From Anaeromyxobacteraceae bacterium (GTDB lineage: Bacteria > Myxococcota > Myxococcia > Myxococcales > Anaeromyxobacteraceae): 64,000 nt of DNA. Below, piece after piece: positions 61,277 through 64,000 of this stretch (its first letter is position 1; every line of letters begins with the position of its first letter). The DNA lies in NCBI GenBank assembly GCA_032654565.1, contig JAULAX010000002.1, positions 160,001-224,000 of the forward strand, read 5' to 3'. The notes under the pieces were generated by a model. The model made no database searches, was not told where the DNA came from, and saw only the letters and a program-made list of their open reading frames with translations. A program made the translations under genes and the position numbers.

Positions 61277-63796
61277 CTATCCCTCGGACGCGGGCGGGGG
61301 CTTCGGCTCGCCCTTGTTCTCGCCCTTGTTCTCGCCGCGCGGTCCGCCACCGCCGCCACCGCCGCCCCCACCGCCACCGCGACCACCACGGCCACGCCCG
61401 CGGCCACCGCGGTCCCGGCCACCACGCTCGCCGCCGCGCTCGCCGCCCCGCTCGCCACTCCGCTCGTGCCGCTCACCGCCGCCGGTGGCTCCGGCACCGC
61501 CGGCGCTGGGGACCCCGCCGCCTTCGCGCCCCTGGTCGACCCGCTCGTGGCGGCCGTAGATGTCGAACTGCTCCTGGTGGTAGCTGCCCTGCGACTTCAC
61601 CTGGATGGTCTTGTTGTAGCGATCCATCAGGTAGCGCAGCTCGTCGCGCTCCTCGCCGACCAGGACGTTGGCCACCTCGGGGTGGCAGTTGACCACCAGC
61701 ACCGGGTCGGGGAAGTGCGGCGACTCCCGCCGGATCTCGCGGAAGACCTCGTAGGCGACGGTGATCTTGGACTTGAGGTGACCCTTGCCGTCGCAGTAGC
61801 TGCACGGCTCGTTCATCATCCGGGTGGTCGACTCGCGGACCCGCTTGCGGGTCATCTCCACCAGCCCCAGCTCCGAGATCTTGAGGACGTTGGTCTTGGC
61901 CTTGTCCCGCCCCAGCGCCTCCTGCAGGGACTTGAAGACCTTCTCGCGGTTCTGCGCCTTGTCCATGTCGATGAAGTCGATGATGATGATGCCGCCGATG
62001 TTGCGCAGCCGGAGCTGGTAGACGATCTCCTTGGCCGCCTCGACGTTGATCTTGGTGATGGTCTCCTCGAGGCTCTTCTTGCCGACGTAGCGCCCCGAGT
62101 TGACGTCCACCGCGGTGAGCGCCTCGGCCTGGTCGATGATGATGTAGCCGCCGCTCTTCAGCCAGACCTTGCGCTGGCCGGCCCGCTTCAGCTCCTGCTC
62201 GATCCCGAAGGCGTCCAGCACCGGCTCGTCGCCGGTGTAGAGCTCGATCGACGACTCGAGGTGCGGCGCCTGCTCGTGCACGAAGCGGAGGATCCGCTCG
62301 TACTCGTCGCGGTCGTCGATCACCATCTTGCCGACCTCGGAGGTGAAGAGGTCGCGGGTGGCGCGCAGGATCAGGTCGAGGTCGCCGTGCAGCAGCGCCG
62401 GCGCCCCCACCTTGTCCTTGGTCCGGATGATCTCGTTCCAGACCTGGATGAGGAAGCGGATGTCGGCCTCGAGCTTCTCGGCGTCGACGCCGTCGGCCAC
62501 GGTGCGGACGATGAAGCCGGTCCCCTCCGGGCGCATCCGGTCGACGATCTCGCGGAGGCGGCGCCGCTCGCCGTCGCGCTCGATGCGCCGGGAGATGCCG
62601 ATGTGATCCACCGTCGGCATGAAGACCAGGTGCCGGCCGGGCAGCGAGATGTGGCTGGTGATGCGGGCGCCCTTGGTGCCGATGGGATCCTTGGCGACCT
62701 GGACGATCACCTCCTGCCCTTCCTTGAGCAGGTCCTGGATGTTCTTCAGCTCGCGGGGCTTGCGCTCCTCGCGGTGGCCGCCGTGGCCGTGGCCGCCGCG
62801 GGGGCGGTCCTTGCCGTTCCGGTCGCGGTCGCGACCCTTCCGGTCTCCCTTGGCGTCGCGCTCACCCTTGCCCTCGCGGTCGCCCCGCGGCTCGCGGGCC
62901 TCGCGCGCCACCTCCCGGGCCGGCGCGGCGATCTGGCCGGCGACGGGCGGCTCGGCCAGGACCAGCAGGGCCTCGGACCCCGGCGACGTCCCGGTCGACT
63001 CGGGGAGCAGGAGGACCGCCGCCGGATGGGTGTCGGCGGTGGCCGGCACGCCGATCAGCGCCAGCTCCTCGGCCGAGAGCGGCGGGAGCGGTGCCCGGGC
63101 GGAGGCCGGCTCGAGCGGCGGCAGGGGCGGCGGCAGGTCGGTGGGGTTGGCCCAGGCCGGCACGGCCGCGGCCACGGCCGGCTCGCTGACCGGCGCCTGC
63201 ACGGCGATGGGCGCGGCCTCGGTGACGGGCGCGGCCTCGGCAGCGGGCGCGGCCTCGGCGACGGTGGCGGTCTCAAAGGCGGTGGTGGTCTCGACGGCGG
63301 GCGCAGCCGCCGCGGCCGGGGCGTCCTCGGCGGCGGGGGAACCCTCGGTGGCGACCGGCGCCGCTTCGAGGTCCGTCGGCTCCGGGGCGGCCCCGTCCAG
63401 CGGGGCGGCGGCGGCCGGCTCGGCGCCATCCGGCGACGGCGCCACGGCCGCCTCCTGGGCCCTCAGCTCCTGCTGCTCGGCCTCCTCCTCGGTGGGGACC
63501 TCGGCCGGACCGACGGCGTGCTCGCCCTCGGTCAGCTCGAACTCCTCGGAGAAGTCGGGGTCGCCGTAGACGTCGCCGACGTAGAGGAAGGCGGCCTTCT
63601 CCAGGCCGATGTCGACGAAGGCGGCCTGCATGCCGGGGAGGACCCGGACCACGCGCCCCTTGTAGATGTTGCCGACGATCCCCTTCTCGCGCTTTCGCTC
63701 GAGGTAGTACTCGTGGATCGTCCCGTTCTCGATCAGCGCGACGCGCGTCTCCGCGCCTGCGGCGTTGATTACGAGGCTGCTCTTGTTCTCGGCCAT
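61277..63796 (-). CDS. RNase E/G-family endoribonuclease with large S1 insertion and RGG-rich tail
   Basis: GNIYKGRV.RVLPGMQAAFVDIG; VQV.KDP.GTKGAR; DVNSG; LRNIGGIIIIDFIDM; C..C.G. Confidence 0.95.
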   Translation of the reverse strand: MAENKSSLVINAAGAETRVALIENGTIHEYYLERKREKGIVGNIYKGRVVRVLPGMQAAFVDIGLEKAAFLYVGDVYGDPDFSEEFELTEGEHAVGPAEVPTEEEAEQQELRAQEAAVAPSPDGAEPAAAAPLDGAAPEPTDLEAAPVATEGSPAAEDAPAAAAAPAVETTTAFETATVAEAAPAAEAAPVTEAAPIAVQAPVSEPAVAAAVPAWANPTDLPPPLPPLEPASARAPLPPLSAEELALIGVPATADTHPAAVLLLPESTGTSPGSEALLVLAEPPVAGQIAAPAREVAREAREPRGDREGKGERDAKGDRKGRDRDRNGKDRPRGGHGHGGHREERKPRELKNIQDLLKEGQEVIVQVAKDPIGTKGARITSHISLPGRHLVFMPTVDHIGISRRIERDGERRRLREIVDRMRPEGTGFIVRTVADGVDAEKLEADIRFLIQVWNEIIRTKDKVGAPALLHGDLDLILRATRDLFTSEVGKMVIDDRDEYERILRFVHEQAPHLESSIELYTGDEPVLDAFGIEQELKRAGQRKVWLKSGGYIIIDQAEALTAVDVNSGRYVGKKSLEETITKINVEAAKEIVYQLRLRNIGGIIIIDFIDMDKAQNREKVFKSLQEALGRDKAKTNVLKISELGLVEMTRKRVRESTTRMMNEPCSYCDGKGHLKSKITVAYEVFREIRRESPHFPDPVLVVNCHPEVANVLVGEERDELRYLMDRYNKTIQVKSQGSYHQEQFDIYGRHERVDQGREGGGVPSAGGAGATGGGERHERSGERGGERGGERGGRDRGGRGRGRGGRGGGGGGGGGGGGPRGENKGENKGEPKPPPASEG

Positions 63797-64000
63797 GGCG
63801 GACCCCAGTGAGCCCGGGCCGGTGGCGCGAACGGGGCGAGGTCAGCCGGACTGGCCAACCACGATCGAAGCGTCCCCGGCGGCGCCGGGGCCTTCGCATC
63901 TTGTTCGGAGCAGGTGCTCACGAATCCGCCACCCTTCGCGCCGGGCGGCCGCGAGGTTCGCGGCCCGGTCCCGGGGCATGAATCGCTTGAAGAAACTCGA

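Noticed and set aside
63941..63968. Hairpin upstream of the RNase E/G gene as an autoregulatory element
   Set aside because: The stem GGCCGCGA/TCGCGGCC is real, but such stems are common at this GC content and the context is cut by the window edge

Overview
A very GC-rich bacterial chromosome segment whose gene content looks myxobacterial (Anaeromyxobacter-like; this is inferred). It has four parts. (1) 1-27 kb is mostly housekeeping: a cobalamin/iron-chelate ABC importer, PilZ protein, galU, priA, a pseudo-receiver/DUF4388/J-like protein, def, LysR with an MBL-fold lipoprotein, RNase HI, tRNA-Ile2(CAU), rpsU-yqeY-dnaG-rpoD and hisDBHAFIE. (2) 27.3-46 kb is a starch/pullulan utilisation locus: a pullulanase and an alpha-amylase (both lipoproteins), a ROK repressor, two stand-alone glucodextranase DOMON-like proteins, an unannotated ~665 aa outer-membrane barrel with a LamB-like N-terminus, two lipoproteins and malKEFG. 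It has no SusC/SusD and no canonical LamB. (3) 46-51 kb holds a VIT1-ferritin-like fusion, hemerythrin, plsC and ggt. (4) 51.3-59.4 kb is a compact type III export cluster (needle-like, rod-like, SctJ, SctK-like, SctQ, FliO, SctRSTUV). It has a sigma54 promoter candidate and lacks ATPase and secretin genes in this window. ihfB, yihY and an RNase E/G with a very large S1 insertion follow. Oddities seen in the sequence: a probable CUG start for dnaG, two genes that run through an expected stop at a CAG codon, a repeated leaderless-mRNA signature, an internal start in sctQ and a replaced Met gasket in SctR. No CRISPR array, transposase or prophage was seen. Family assignments are from motif recognition by eye, not database searches.
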